Positions 10,086-20,422 of a stretch of 64,000 nucleotides of DNA are shown one piece after another. Made by a program: the position numbers and the translations under genes. The stretch spans positions 256,001 through 320,000 of the forward strand of contig JBHLMN010000002.1 of assembly GCA_048938105.1 (NCBI GenBank), read 5' to 3'. The notes under the pieces are model-generated. The model ran no database searches, was not told the origin of the DNA, and saw only the letters and a program-made list of their open reading frames with translations. The DNA is from Promethearchaeota archaeon. GTDB lineage: Archaea; Asgardarchaeota; Heimdallarchaeia; Hodarchaeales; Hodarchaeaceae. Position 1 is the first letter of the stretch; every line of letters starts with the position of its first letter.

Positions 10086-10871
10086 GTGAAATTCATTGTT
10101 TGTGTGAAACAGGTTCCCGATACCACAGAGGTTAAAGTCGATCCTAAAACCAATACACTGATCAGAGAAGGAGTTCCGTGTATATTAAATCCTTTCGATC
10201 AATTCGCACTTGAAGAGGCGGTCAGATTAAAGAAAGAGGGAGATAAAATCATTGTCATTTCAATGGGTCCACCCCAAGCAAAAAAAGAGTTGATGAAATG
10301 TCTTGCTCTTGGCGCTGATGAAGCAATTTTACTCTGTGATAGAGCTCTTGCAGGAGCAGATACATGGGCAACATCTTATACTCTTACTCAAGCTATTAGA
10401 AAGATAGGAGATTTCGATATAATTTTTTGTGGATATCAGGCTATTGATGGAGACACTGCTCAAGTTGGTCCAGAGCTCGCTGCTCAACTTGGTATCCCTC
10501 AGATCACCTATATAGAAAGTGTTGACGAAATTAGTTCAAGAAAATTAACAGCAAAATCTCAAACAGATGACGGTTATAAAATTGTAGAAGCAAAACTTCC
10601 AGTTCTGTTAACAGGAATAACTCCATCTGGATTTATACCTAGAAGTCCTCCCCTACCCAATATAATAAAAGCAAAGCAAAAACCACTTACCACGTGGACC
10701 ATCGATGATCTTGGTGGTGAAGAAGATATGTATGGCTTAGCTGGTTCGCTGACACAAGTCATACGGGTCTATACTCCTCCTGTACGTGAGAAAGGAGCCA
10801 TGATCACTGATGAGCCTAACATAGCGGTCGAAAAATTAATGGACATGTTAACTAAAGATAAGGTGATCTGA
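10086..10871 (+). CDS. etfB: Electron transfer flavoprotein beta subunit
   Basis: VCVKQVPD, NPFD, GADTWAT, DGDTAQVGP. Confidence 0.95.
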   Translation: MKFIVCVKQVPDTTEVKVDPKTNTLIREGVPCILNPFDQFALEEAVRLKKEGDKIIVISMGPPQAKKELMKCLALGADEAILLCDRALAGADTWATSYTLTQAIRKIGDFDIIFCGYQAIDGDTAQVGPELAAQLGIPQITYIESVDEISSRKLTAKSQTDDGYKIVEAKLPVLLTGITPSGFIPRSPPLPNIIKAKQKPLTTWTIDDLGGEEDMYGLAGSLTQVIRVYTPPVREKGAMITDEPNIAVEKLMDMLTKDKVI

Positions 10872-12055
10872 TGATAAAGGTTAAGGAAGAGCTTTGCAAC
10901 CATTGTGGAAGTTGTGTTAAGGCATGCCCTTTCGGCGCTATAAAGATCATAAATCAAATTGCTGTGATTGGAGACGAATGTACACTTTGCGGTGCCTGCG
11001 TTCAAGTATGTAAAGCTTGCGCGATAGAAATTGAAAGAAAAGAGAAAGAGATTGATGTTTCACGTTATAAAGATATTTGGGTATTTGTCGAGATTAAAGA
11101 TAATAAGTTACGAAATGTCACATATGAACTACTTGGGAAAGCAAGACAACTTGCTGATGAATTAGGTGAAAAAGTTTGCGCGATTCTTCTTGGAAAGGAT
11201 ATTAAAAGATTCTGTAAAGATATTTCTGCTTATGGGGCGGATAAAATATTTGTAGCTGAAGATGACATTCTTGAACAATATTACACCGATCCTTTCGCAT
11301 CAGTACTTGTAGGATTGATAACTAAGTATGAACCTAATATTGTAATCTACCCTGCTACAAAAATTGGCCGAGATCTGGCACCCCGAGTCGCTGCATCTTT
11401 ACAAGTGGGTCTAACAGCGGATTGTACGGGATTATCGATTCAAGATGGCAGATTATTGCAAACAAGGCCAGCATTTGGTGGAAATATAATGGCTGATATA
11501 ATTTCAGTAACTAGACCACAAATGGCAACAGTGAGACCAAATGTAATGAAAAAAGGATCACCATACAAAGATAAGCATACTGAAATCATAGAAACACCCG
11601 TTAAAATAGATATTAAGGGAATTAGAACCGTAATAAAAGAAATTATTAGTATGAAATCCTCCGATGCGGTTCCTCTAGATGAAGCTGACATTATAGTCTC
11701 AGGTGGTAGAGGAATTGGCAGTAAAGAGAATTTCAAGATCATTGAGGAGTTAGCAGAAGTTCTTAATGCAGCAGTTGGAGCAAGTAGATCTGCGGTCGAT
11801 CTAGGCTGGAAACCTAAATCATTTCAGGTTGGTCAGAGTGGGACAACAGTTTCTCCAAAGATCTATATTGCCTGTGGGATTTCTGGGAAAATCCAACATC
11901 TTGTTGGAATGTCTGGATCAGATATAATTATTGCGATAAATAAAGACCCTGAAGCTCCTATATTCAATGTGGCTAATTATGGAATTGTTGGTGATCTAAA
12001 TAAAGTTGTACCACTATTGACAGAAGCATTAAGGAAGGAATTTGCTTCACGATGA
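10871..12055 (+). CDS. etfA: Electron transfer flavoprotein alpha subunit with N-terminal 2x[4Fe-4S] domain
   Basis: CNHCGSCVKACP and CTLCGACVQVC; RPAFGG, VSGGRG, QVGQSG, GISGKIQH. Confidence 0.95.
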   Translation: MIKVKEELCNHCGSCVKACPFGAIKIINQIAVIGDECTLCGACVQVCKACAIEIERKEKEIDVSRYKDIWVFVEIKDNKLRNVTYELLGKARQLADELGEKVCAILLGKDIKRFCKDISAYGADKIFVAEDDILEQYYTDPFASVLVGLITKYEPNIVIYPATKIGRDLAPRVAASLQVGLTADCTGLSIQDGRLLQTRPAFGGNIMADIISVTRPQMATVRPNVMKKGSPYKDKHTEIIETPVKIDIKGIRTVIKEIISMKSSDAVPLDEADIIVSGGRGIGSKENFKIIEELAEVLNAAVGASRSAVDLGWKPKSFQVGQSGTTVSPKIYIACGISGKIQHLVGMSGSDIIIAINKDPEAPIFNVANYGIVGDLNKVVPLLTEALRKEFASR

Positions 12056-12114
12056 TATCTTCTAGAAAAATTTTTTCGAATTTAATATAATGAAATCAAA
12101 TTGAGTGGATTCTT

Positions 12115-13296
12115 ATGGATTTTGAATTGTCTGATGAACATGATATGTTAAGATCGTCAGTTAGGGAATTTGTTGAGCGTGAAATAACACCAAAGATTAA
12201 AGAATATGATAGAAACGAGGAATTTCTCCCCCCACTTGATGTAATGGGAAAAATGGGGTTGTTAGGTATCTGTTTTCCTGAAAAGTATGGAGGTGCTGGA
12301 ATGGATTACCTCGCACTAGCAATTGCATGTGAAGAGCTTGAAAGAGGAGATATATCGCTCCGAACTGTCCTCTCCGTACACATTGCTTTAACTTCATGTA
12401 CGATATATCAATGGGGAAATGATAAACAAAAGGAAAAGTATTTCGTGCCTCAAAATCATGGGAAAAAGATTGGAACGACTGCAATGACTGAACCATCCTG
12501 TGGATCAGATGTAGCAAATGTCACGACACGAGCAGAGAAACAAGGCAGCCATTATATTATTTCAGGTCAAAAAACCTGGATTTCACTATCTGAAGTTGCA
12601 GATAATTTCCTGGTCTTGACACGGACAGGAGAACCTGGTTATAGGGGGCTTTCGTTATTTATTATCGAAAGAGACTTTCCTGGTGTGACCACTACCTCTT
12701 TGCATAATAAATTAGGAACTCGTGCGGGAAACACAGGAGAGCTCTTTCTTGATAAAGTGGAAGTTCCTGAAGAAAATCTTCTTGGACATGAAGGTGAAGG
12801 TTTCAAGATTTGCATGTCAGCACTGGATAATGGTCGTTTTACTGTCGCTGCAGGTTCAGTAGGGACAATTAAAGCGGCCCTTGAAGCGTCAGTGAAATAT
12901 TCTCGGGAGAGAAAAGCATTTGGTCAAGAAGTTGGGAGATTTCAGTTGATTCAAGAGCATTTGGCTTATATGCAAGCTGCTTATGACGCTTCTCAATTAT
13001 TGGTGTACAAAGTAGCTTGGATGAAAAATCAAGGTAAACGTAACACACGAGAAACAAGTATGGCGAAGTGGTTTGCGACTACCCATGCTCTTGATGCAGC
13101 AAATAGAGCTATTCAGATACATGGTGCATATGGGTACACTAGTGATTATCCCGTTGAGAGACTATGGCGGAACGTACGGGGAGCGTGTATCTATGAAGGA
13201 ACAACCGAGGTTCAAAAGTTGATTCAAGGGTCATACATTTTGGGATATCGAAAATATAAACCACTTCGATGTGAGATGCCACCTTATGAACCATGA
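12115..13296 (+). CDS. Acyl-CoA dehydrogenase (butyryl-/glutaryl-CoA dehydrogenase-like)
   Basis: TEPSCGSD, GQKTWIS, HGAYGY, IYEGTTEVQ. Confidence 0.9.
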   Translation: MDFELSDEHDMLRSSVREFVEREITPKIKEYDRNEEFLPPLDVMGKMGLLGICFPEKYGGAGMDYLALAIACEELERGDISLRTVLSVHIALTSCTIYQWGNDKQKEKYFVPQNHGKKIGTTAMTEPSCGSDVANVTTRAEKQGSHYIISGQKTWISLSEVADNFLVLTRTGEPGYRGLSLFIIERDFPGVTTTSLHNKLGTRAGNTGELFLDKVEVPEENLLGHEGEGFKICMSALDNGRFTVAAGSVGTIKAALEASVKYSRERKAFGQEVGRFQLIQEHLAYMQAAYDASQLLVYKVAWMKNQGKRNTRETSMAKWFATTHALDAANRAIQIHGAYGYTSDYPVERLWRNVRGACIYEGTTEVQKLIQGSYILGYRKYKPLRCEMPPYEP

Positions 13297-13391
13297 ATAT
13301 AAGAATATGGAGTTATGATTTCTGGAAAGCTTTAAATTATTTGAAATGAGAGTATTCAGGATCTAGAAAAAAAGCAAATGGGGGATAAATT

Positions 13392-14354
13392 ATGACTGCA
13401 ATTAGAGAACCAGGGAGGGTTACCGATAATGTCACGTTAATTGATTTTAAATATGAGGGAGTAGCAGGTGTTGGTGGGGTTTATTTAGTTGAAGCTGGTG
13501 AAAATTGCTTGATAGATACTGGTTCCAAAGATGGCGCGGTTCATGTTGTTAAAACATTAAAAGAAATGAATGCTTTTCCACCAGACTACGTAATAATAAC
13601 CCATTCCCATTGAGATCATAGTCAAGGTGTCCCCTTGTTACGAAAAAAAGCAAAACAAAAACAAAAATCTTTTGAAACAATTGCTTCAGAGAAAGCAATT
13701 CCTTTACTTGAAGATCAATCTTATAATGAAGTACTGAAGTCAAAACGTTTTGAAAATATAAAAGACGTTTCTCCACTAAAAGAGGGTGATATCATCGATT
13801 TTGATGGGCTTAATCTGAAGGTTATTGATGTTCCTTGACATAATAAAGACCACATCACGCTCCTTGATGAAAATAACAAGAATATTATTCTGGGTGACTC
13901 AATAGGAATTAAGGTGGGAGATAACGCTTTTCTGTCTCCAATTATGCCTACTTTTTGGAACACAGATGATTATCTCAAAACAAACGAGAAATTAAAGAAA
14001 ATCGATTTTGAGAGTGTTTGTTTAAACCACTTTGGATATATTTATGGAGACGAGGCGATTAATATTCTAGAAGAATCCCGTAAATCATACGAGTAAGAGT
14101 GGGAAGTTTATGAGATTGCTGAACAAAATGGTAAACTAGATGATTTAGATTATATCGTTGATCTTGTCATGAAAAAGATGAATTCAGTGATTCCTGAGTT
14201 GCGAATAGAAAAATTCATGATGAGATTCATGTTGGGATTTATTAATTTAATAAAAAAGCTCGCTCGAAAGGAACTTTTTACTGTTGCAAATATTTTGCTT
14301 AAACAAACTCTCGAGATGAAGGTAAAAGGATATAAGATTTCTAAAAGTATCTAA
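13392..14354 (+). pseudogene. Metallo-beta-lactamase-fold hydrolase with three in-frame stops
   Basis: Four track ORFs lie in one frame. THSH*DH (TGA 13611), VP*H (TGA 13836) and SYE*EW (TAA 14094). MBL motifs LIDTG, HxHxDH, LGD and H are retained. Confidence 0.85.
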
Positions 14355-14436
14355 AACTAGTAAATTTTTGAAAGTTTGATTGAGATTTTCTTATTCCAGT
14401 TTTTATTTAATAAATATCATTCTCTCAAATTTTTGT

Positions 14437-14475
14437 ATCGCGATGTAAATATTTAAATAATTGTCGCGTCACAAT
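14437..14475 (+). promoter_or_regulatory. TATA-like element flanked by two CGCG-containing dyads
   Basis: atcgcgat (14437-14444), atttaaata (14451-14459), attgt-cgcgtc-acaat (14460-14475). Confidence 0.35.
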
Positions 14476-14486
14476 AAAATTAGGAA

Positions 14487-14672
14487 GTGAATGTGGAAGA
14501 TATGAGAAAATTACCTTCAAATGATGAAATATTGGCTGACACAATCGCTGATTTATCAAAAACAATCCAAATGTTTATGCAATCTGTTATTTTTCATCTA
14601 AATTCTTTAGAAATGAGAATTAATGATATTAGCGACGAATTGGGGTCCCTGAAGGAAGGAAGAAAAAACTAA
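14487..14672 (+). CDS. Small hypothetical coiled-coil protein
   Basis: 61-aa ORF with a heptad-like C-terminal half. Confidence 0.55.
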   Translation: MNVEDMRKLPSNDEILADTIADLSKTIQMFMQSVIFHLNSLEMRINDISDELGSLKEGRKN

Positions 14673-14697
14673 ATTAAAGAAAGCTTAGAGGAGTTCG

Positions 14698-15042
14698 ATG
14701 ACTAAGAAAAAAAAGAGTCGAGGACGTCCACGTAAATATGCTTCTGATGCAGAACGGTCAAAAGCTTACAGGGAGCGGAAAAAGGCCAAAATCATGCAGC
14801 TAGAACAACAAGCAAGAGAATTGAAGAAAAGAATTCGCAATATGAAGGGATTGAAACAGGCACTTAATCCTGAAATTGAAAAAAAGATTAGTACTTTTTT
14901 ATTTGGATTCCTATGTAGAATAGACGGAATTGATTTTTCAGATAATAATAAAATGGAAGCTCGAAAGAAATTAGAGAATCTATTGGAAACTTATCAGGAA
15001 ATCAGAAGTTTTTATGAAACTCCTTCTGAAGACGAAATATAA
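14698..15042 (+). CDS. Basic putative DNA-binding protein (AT-hook-like RGRP, basic helix, coiled coil)
   Basis: KKKKSRGRPRKYASDAERSKAYRERKKAKIMQLEQQARELKKRI; GAGGAG RBS. Confidence 0.7.
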   Translation: MTKKKKSRGRPRKYASDAERSKAYRERKKAKIMQLEQQARELKKRIRNMKGLKQALNPEIEKKISTFLFGFLCRIDGIDFSDNNKMEARKKLENLLETYQEIRSFYETPSEDEI

Positions 15043-15197
15043 GAATGATTAATGATTTTCATTGACTTTTTGAAATCCTTTTGACCTTATTTTACGCAAT
15101 TCATCCTTCAATTTCTTTATGAAATTTGAGGTAATCATAGAATTTTTATGATGTAGTAAATATCATCTTTCCTACTTAAATCCCAATCTTTGGAAGG

Positions 15198-16307
15198 ATG
15201 AACACTTTGAAGAATCATGATCTTTGGAAAAACGAGTATTTTGGAACTGATCCTCCCTGTATAACATATGAACTCAAACCATTAGTCACTCCTCAAGGTG
15301 AGGTAATAGAAGAGCTCTATTCAGCATGGATAATTTTGAATAATCCAGAACAATATAATTCTTACACCACACAAATGGTCAAAGGTGTCATTGCAGGCTT
15401 TTCACAAGCGTCAATGGATAGAAAGGTTGTTTGTGTTGTTTTTACTGGTGCTGGTGATCGATCTTTTTGCAGTGGTGGTAATACAAAAGAATATGCAGAG
15501 TATTATGCTGGAAGACCAAATGAGTATGGTCTCTATATGGATTTGTTTAACGGTATGGTTGATGCAATCTTAAACTGTAAAAAGCCTGTAATATGTAGAG
15601 CAAATGGTATGAGGGTCGCAGGAGGGCAGGAAATAGGGATGGCTGCTGATTTAACTATTTCAGCAGATACAGCGGTCTTTGGGCAAGCGGGGCCACGTCA
15701 TGGCTCAGCACCAGATGGGGGTTCAACAGATTTTCTACCTTGGATGTTAAGTATAGAAGATGCCATGTATAATTGTGTTTCTTGTGAAATGTGGAGCGCA
15801 TATAAGATGAAAAGGCTTGGATTAGTCACCAAAGCTGTACCAGTGCTTAAAAAGGACAATGGGCAATTTATACGCAATCCAACAGTGTATACAGAGAGTT
15901 ACGTCAAAGATGGGGAAATCATATATGGAGAATTTCTTACTGGGGAGGAGTATAAAAAGGGAAGAGAGGTAATGAAAAGTTGTAAAATCGATTTATCTCC
16001 CCTCGATAACGCCTTGGATGAAATTATATGGACTTTTACTAATCTATTCCCAGGATGTTTGATGAAATCCATTGATGGAATTCGCATGAAAAAGAAATTT
16101 TTCTGGGATCAGACAAAGCTTGCAAACCGTCATTGGTTATCAGTAAATATGATGACGGAGGCTTTGTTAGGATTCAGGGCTTTTAATGAACGAAAACAAA
16201 CTGGAAAGGATGTAATTGACTTCATAAAATATCGCAAACTTGTAGCTAAAGCTCATTTATTTGATGAAGATCTAATTAATTCTGTTCTCCCTAAACCTAA
16301 GGAATGA
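15198..16307 (+). CDS. oah: 6-oxocyclohex-1-ene-1-carbonyl-CoA hydrolase (ring-opening, Oah/BamA)
   Basis: Family-specific motifs NPEQYNSYTT, GGNTKEYAEYY, GMRVAGGQEIG, HGSAPDGGSTDFLP. Confidence 0.92.
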   Translation: MNTLKNHDLWKNEYFGTDPPCITYELKPLVTPQGEVIEELYSAWIILNNPEQYNSYTTQMVKGVIAGFSQASMDRKVVCVVFTGAGDRSFCSGGNTKEYAEYYAGRPNEYGLYMDLFNGMVDAILNCKKPVICRANGMRVAGGQEIGMAADLTISADTAVFGQAGPRHGSAPDGGSTDFLPWMLSIEDAMYNCVSCEMWSAYKMKRLGLVTKAVPVLKKDNGQFIRNPTVYTESYVKDGEIIYGEFLTGEEYKKGREVMKSCKIDLSPLDNALDEIIWTFTNLFPGCLMKSIDGIRMKKKFFWDQTKLANRHWLSVNMMTEALLGFRAFNERKQTGKDVIDFIKYRKLVAKAHLFDEDLINSVLPKPKE

Positions 16308-16313
16308 TTTTTA

Positions 16314-17522
16314 ATGAGATTTGAAAACACTTATGTACCTTATGGTTGTTTTTGGTCTACGCCGTTTTTACGATGGCAAGGCAACTTTTCCAGTTTACAT
16401 GCCATTCCATTTGCAGCTGAAATGACAACCAGGACTTTAAATGATCGTAATATATCTCCTGACACTTTTGATTCAATTTACCTTGGTATCACCGTACCTC
16501 AAAAACATAGTTTTTATGGTCAAACGTGGTTTGCTGGTTTGATAGGAGTTCCTGAAATTACAGGACCAATGATTGCCCAAGCGTGTGCAACTTCTGCCAG
16601 AGTCATTGCTAGTGCTGCTTCTGAGCTCGAGACTAGTAGAGATTCTGACAGATGTGTCTTAGCTGTAACTTGTGATCGTACTAGTAATGGTCCTCATATT
16701 CTATATCCCAATCCCCTTGCTTCTGGAGGGAAAGCAGATTTTGAAAATTGGGTTTGGGATAACTTCGGCTATGATCCTTATGCTAAAAATCCTATGATTC
16801 AAACCGCTGAAAATGTTGCCAAAGAAGCAGGAATAACTAGAGATGAACAAGAAGAAATGGTATTATTGCGCTATAAGCAGTATAATGATGCATTAAAAGA
16901 CAATTCCTCGTTCCTTAGGAGATTTATGATCTCGCCTATTGAAGTGAAATCAGGGAAGAAGACTATAGCAACTGTTGAAGGTGACGAAGGAGTTTTTCCT
17001 ACAACTTCAGAAGGCCTTGCGAGGTTGAAACCTGTTTTAAAAGGAGGTACAGTCACATATGGAGCGCAAACTCACCCCTCAGATGGTAATTGTGGAATGA
17101 TTTTGACATCTAGGGATAAAGCCCAAGCTTTAAGCCTTAATAAGGATTTTGAGATCCAAATTTTATCTTTTGGACAAGCTCGAAGCAAAAAAGGCTTCAT
17201 GCCAATGGCTCCGGTTCCTGCAGCGAAAAAAGCCCTTGAATCAGCTCAGCTCTCGGTTGAAGATATTAAATGTACTAAAATGCACAATCCCTTTACTGTA
17301 AATGATGTTTATTTCAGTAGAGAAATGGGAATAGCTCCAGAATCAATTAACAATTATGGTTCTTCTCTCGTATGGGGGCATCCTCAAGCTCCTACAGGCA
17401 TGCGGCTTATCATTGAGCTTATTGAAGAACTTACACTTAATAACGGTGGGTATGGGCTCTTCACTGGATGTTCTGCGGGTGATTCTGCAGCTTCAATTGT
17501 GATAGAAGTCGTTAAAGTATAA
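16314..17522 (+). CDS. Thiolase of the type found in benzoyl-CoA degradation clusters
   Basis: YGCFWSTPFLRWQG, QACATS, HNPF, GHPQAPTG, GCSAGD. Confidence 0.85.
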   Translation: MRFENTYVPYGCFWSTPFLRWQGNFSSLHAIPFAAEMTTRTLNDRNISPDTFDSIYLGITVPQKHSFYGQTWFAGLIGVPEITGPMIAQACATSARVIASAASELETSRDSDRCVLAVTCDRTSNGPHILYPNPLASGGKADFENWVWDNFGYDPYAKNPMIQTAENVAKEAGITRDEQEEMVLLRYKQYNDALKDNSSFLRRFMISPIEVKSGKKTIATVEGDEGVFPTTSEGLARLKPVLKGGTVTYGAQTHPSDGNCGMILTSRDKAQALSLNKDFEIQILSFGQARSKKGFMPMAPVPAAKKALESAQLSVEDIKCTKMHNPFTVNDVYFSREMGIAPESINNYGSSLVWGHPQAPTGMRLIIELIEELTLNNGGYGLFTGCSAGDSAASIVIEVVKV

Positions 17523-17542
17523 ATTTCTAAAAAGGAAAATTA

Positions 17543-17570
17543 GGGCAGGATCTTACGCAAAGAGCTGCCC
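17543..17570. terminator. GC-rich hairpin between convergent genes
   Basis: GGGCAG-ga-TCTT-acgca-AAGA-g-CTGCCC in a 67-bp AT-rich gap. Confidence 0.45.
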
Positions 17571-17589
17571 AAACGAAAAATTTTACTGT

Positions 17590-18483
17590 TTACCTGAACG
17601 AACGCGGTTCAGGAGGTTTTTGAGAATAATCATAAAATCCTTTACCAGTTTTTCTCCCAAAGTGACCAGCACGAACCATCTTCCGTAATAATGTCGGAGC
17701 CCGATATTTTGAGTCTTGGAATTCAGAATACATATAATCCGCAATGAAAAGTGCAGTATCAAGGCCTACGAAATCTAATAGCGTAAGAGGCCCCATTGGA
17801 TGATTCAAGCCTAAAGTAATTGCTTTATCAAGATCCTCTACAGTAGTAACTCCTTCCTGAATCGTGAAAATCGCTTCCAATAAGAATGGGAGGAGAAGGC
17901 GATTAACTGCGAACCCTGGCGCTTCATTGACTAAAACAGTTTCCTTCCCTAATTTCTTCGATAGGTCATCGATAAATTTGTATGTTTCTTCTGAAGTATC
18001 ATACCCCTTAATGATTTCTACTAAACGCATAACGGGAACAGGGTTGAAAAAATGCATTCCAATGAATTTTTCTGGTCGTTTTGTGGCAGATGCCATATCT
18101 GTGATGGATATAGACGATGTATTCGAGGCGAAGATGCATTCAGGTTTACAAATCTCATCTAATTCGGCGAAAACTTTTCTTTTCAAATCTCTATTTTCAA
18201 TAATTGCTTCAATGACAATATCTGCGTTAAATGCTGCAGCTTTTAGATCAGTTGTACCTTTAATTCTACCAACAATTTCATTCATCTTTTCTTGTGTCAT
18301 CTTTCCTTTACTTACTCCGCGAGATAGATTCTTTTTAATGGTATTCATACCATTATCCACAAAACGATCTTCAATATCTCGCATAGCAACTTCGAATCCT
18401 GCTTGAGCACCTGTCTGAGCGATACCGTTACCCATCAGACCTGCACCCATTACGCAAATCTTTTTCACATCTTCAACTTTCAT
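17590..18483 (-). CDS. hbd: 3-hydroxybutyryl/3-hydroxyacyl-CoA dehydrogenase
   Basis: GAGLMG, ASNTSS, GMHFFNP, HPMGP, GRKTGKGFY. Confidence 0.92.
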   Translation of the reverse strand: MKVEDVKKICVMGAGLMGNGIAQTGAQAGFEVAMRDIEDRFVDNGMNTIKKNLSRGVSKGKMTQEKMNEIVGRIKGTTDLKAAAFNADIVIEAIIENRDLKRKVFAELDEICKPECIFASNTSSISITDMASATKRPEKFIGMHFFNPVPVMRLVEIIKGYDTSEETYKFIDDLSKKLGKETVLVNEAPGFAVNRLLLPFLLEAIFTIQEGVTTVEDLDKAITLGLNHPMGPLTLLDFVGLDTALFIADYMYSEFQDSKYRAPTLLRKMVRAGHFGRKTGKGFYDYSQKPPEPRSFR

Positions 18484-18501
18484 TTTAATGTTACTTCCTA
18501 T

Positions 18502-20082
18502 TTATGTGGTTTTTTCATTATATCTTTCTCGTAATATTCGGTGAATAATTTTCCCTGAACCAGTTCGTGGTATATCGTCATAATCAATAAATATGATTTT
18601 TTTGGGTACTTTGAATCTTGGTAACTTGTCTCTGCAATATTCTCTAATTTCATATGCTAAACTTTCCGATTCCTCACTATTTGAAGTTAAAGCACAGATT
18701 GCCGTGACTGCTTCACCCCATTTAGGGTCTTGCAACCCTATCACGGCACATTCCAAGACAGCCTCATGAGATATAATCGTTTTCTCGATCTCTGAAGGGA
18801 AAACATGCTCGCCACCAGTAATGATCATATTTGCTTTCCTGTCAACTAAATAATAATATCCATCTTCATCTTGCTTCGCCATATCACCTGCACTGAAAAA
18901 TCCACTATCCATACTTGCTGCAGTCTTTTCTGCTAGTTTATAATAACCTGTCATTTGCATAGGACTACGTGAAAATAACTCTCCTATCTCACCAGGTGGT
19001 ACTGGTTTACGAGTTTCTGAATCCAATAAACGGATTTTATCAGAACCAATGCATTCTTGACCAATGGACCCAACTTTCTTGAACTGATCTTCAGGCCTTA
19101 AAATAGTGACCAGACCAGCTTCAGTTGAACCATATGCTTCAAAAAGTTGAACTCCCTTGAATAAATTCATCACACCATATTTCATCTCTTTAGTGGCTGG
19201 TGCAGAGGAGGTGAGGAGAGTCTTTACTGAACTGAGGTCATATTTTTCTTTAGTTTCATCTGGAAGGCTTAGAATTAGGTTATAATGTGTTGGAATTAGG
19301 GAAGTAAAGGTGATTTTCTCACGATCAAAGATCTGAAGAACCTCTTTTGGATTAAATCCATATTCTAGATGAATATAGACAGGAGCACCAACGTAAGTGA
19401 AAACAAAAGAGTAAAAGGTGCTATTCACATGGGATAATGGCATAAGAATTAAGCCATAATCTTGAGGAGTGAAAGAGAATTCCGCTGCATTAATCAGAAA
19501 AAAAGAAATATATGAACGATGAGAACGAACAACCCCCTTAGGTCTACCTGTTGTTCCTGAAGTATAAAGCAAAATCCATGGGTCCTCTGGATCTACTTTA
19601 ATTTTGGGATAAGTATCTTCCCCATCTTTGATAATATCTTCATAGTAACTCCAATTTTCTGCAGTTGGGATGTCACCTAAGCAAATATGATCAAGAGTGT
19701 CCAATCCAAAATCTACTACTAGATCCCAGTTTTCCATAGTAATCTCATAATATCTAGACTCTACAATAACCATTTTACATTCAGCGTTACTTACAATCCA
19801 GTATAGATCTTTAGGGAGAAGACGAAAATTTAATGGAACAATAATTAATCCTGCTTTTGCAGCAGCTCCATATATTTCCATAAATTCGACTCTATTATTC
19901 ATAAGAACGGCAATTTTATCGCCTTTTCTTAAACCTCGAGTGAGTAATCCATTAGCAAGCTTATTTGTCCTTTCATCAAACTCTTTATTAGTTAAAGAAC
20001 GATTTATATCTTTAAATGCAAGTTTATTGGGATATTTGAAAGCATTGATACGTAAAATTTCACCTAAATGTAACCAGCTCAA
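18502..20082 (-). CDS. AMP-forming acyl/aryl-CoA ligase
   Basis: YTSGTTGRPKG, YGSTE, GD, DR, PRTGSGK. Confidence 0.9.
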   Translation of the reverse strand: MSWLHLGEILRINAFKYPNKLAFKDINRSLTNKEFDERTNKLANGLLTRGLRKGDKIAVLMNNRVEFMEIYGAAAKAGLIIVPLNFRLLPKDLYWIVSNAECKMVIVESRYYEITMENWDLVVDFGLDTLDHICLGDIPTAENWSYYEDIIKDGEDTYPKIKVDPEDPWILLYTSGTTGRPKGVVRSHRSYISFFLINAAEFSFTPQDYGLILMPLSHVNSTFYSFVFTYVGAPVYIHLEYGFNPKEVLQIFDREKITFTSLIPTHYNLILSLPDETKEKYDLSSVKTLLTSSAPATKEMKYGVMNLFKGVQLFEAYGSTEAGLVTILRPEDQFKKVGSIGQECIGSDKIRLLDSETRKPVPPGEIGELFSRSPMQMTGYYKLAEKTAASMDSGFFSAGDMAKQDEDGYYYLVDRKANMIITGGEHVFPSEIEKTIISHEAVLECAVIGLQDPKWGEAVTAICALTSNSEESESLAYEIREYCRDKLPRFKVPKKIIFIDYDDIPRTGSGKIIHRILRERYNEKTT

Positions 20083-20422
20083 CGTGAATCTAACCTCTTG
20101 AAATATAATTATATTTAATGACCTTTTATCTGATTTAATGTCAATCTTGAATTGTTTGGGGAGTAAATTGGAATGAAATCGTAAGCACTCTGATTTTAAC
20201 AGAAAAAAATATGTTGAATTAAGTATTTTATTAATCGATATAAAATTGAATAAAGACTGCTTTTAGGCTCTAATATTTATTCCTGTTATAATCTTTTCAA
20301 TTGTTACTTTATAGTTTTTAAATAACTAAACAATGATTTTCTCTCCTTAAAATATATATTAAATTAAGTACTTATGCTCTTCAGAGAATTTCAATGCTTT
20401 TCTTCTCAAGGATGAAGGCATA

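Noticed and set aside
13611-13838. Selenocysteine or genome-wide TGA recoding in the MBL gene
   Set aside because: The two TGAs replace different expected residues and neither is a Cys position. A TAA also interrupts the frame, and many intact genes here end in TGA.
17543-17570. Hairpin as a SECIS element or ncRNA
   Set aside because: Too short, lacks SECIS core motifs and has no adjacent Sec-type ORF; its position fits a terminator.
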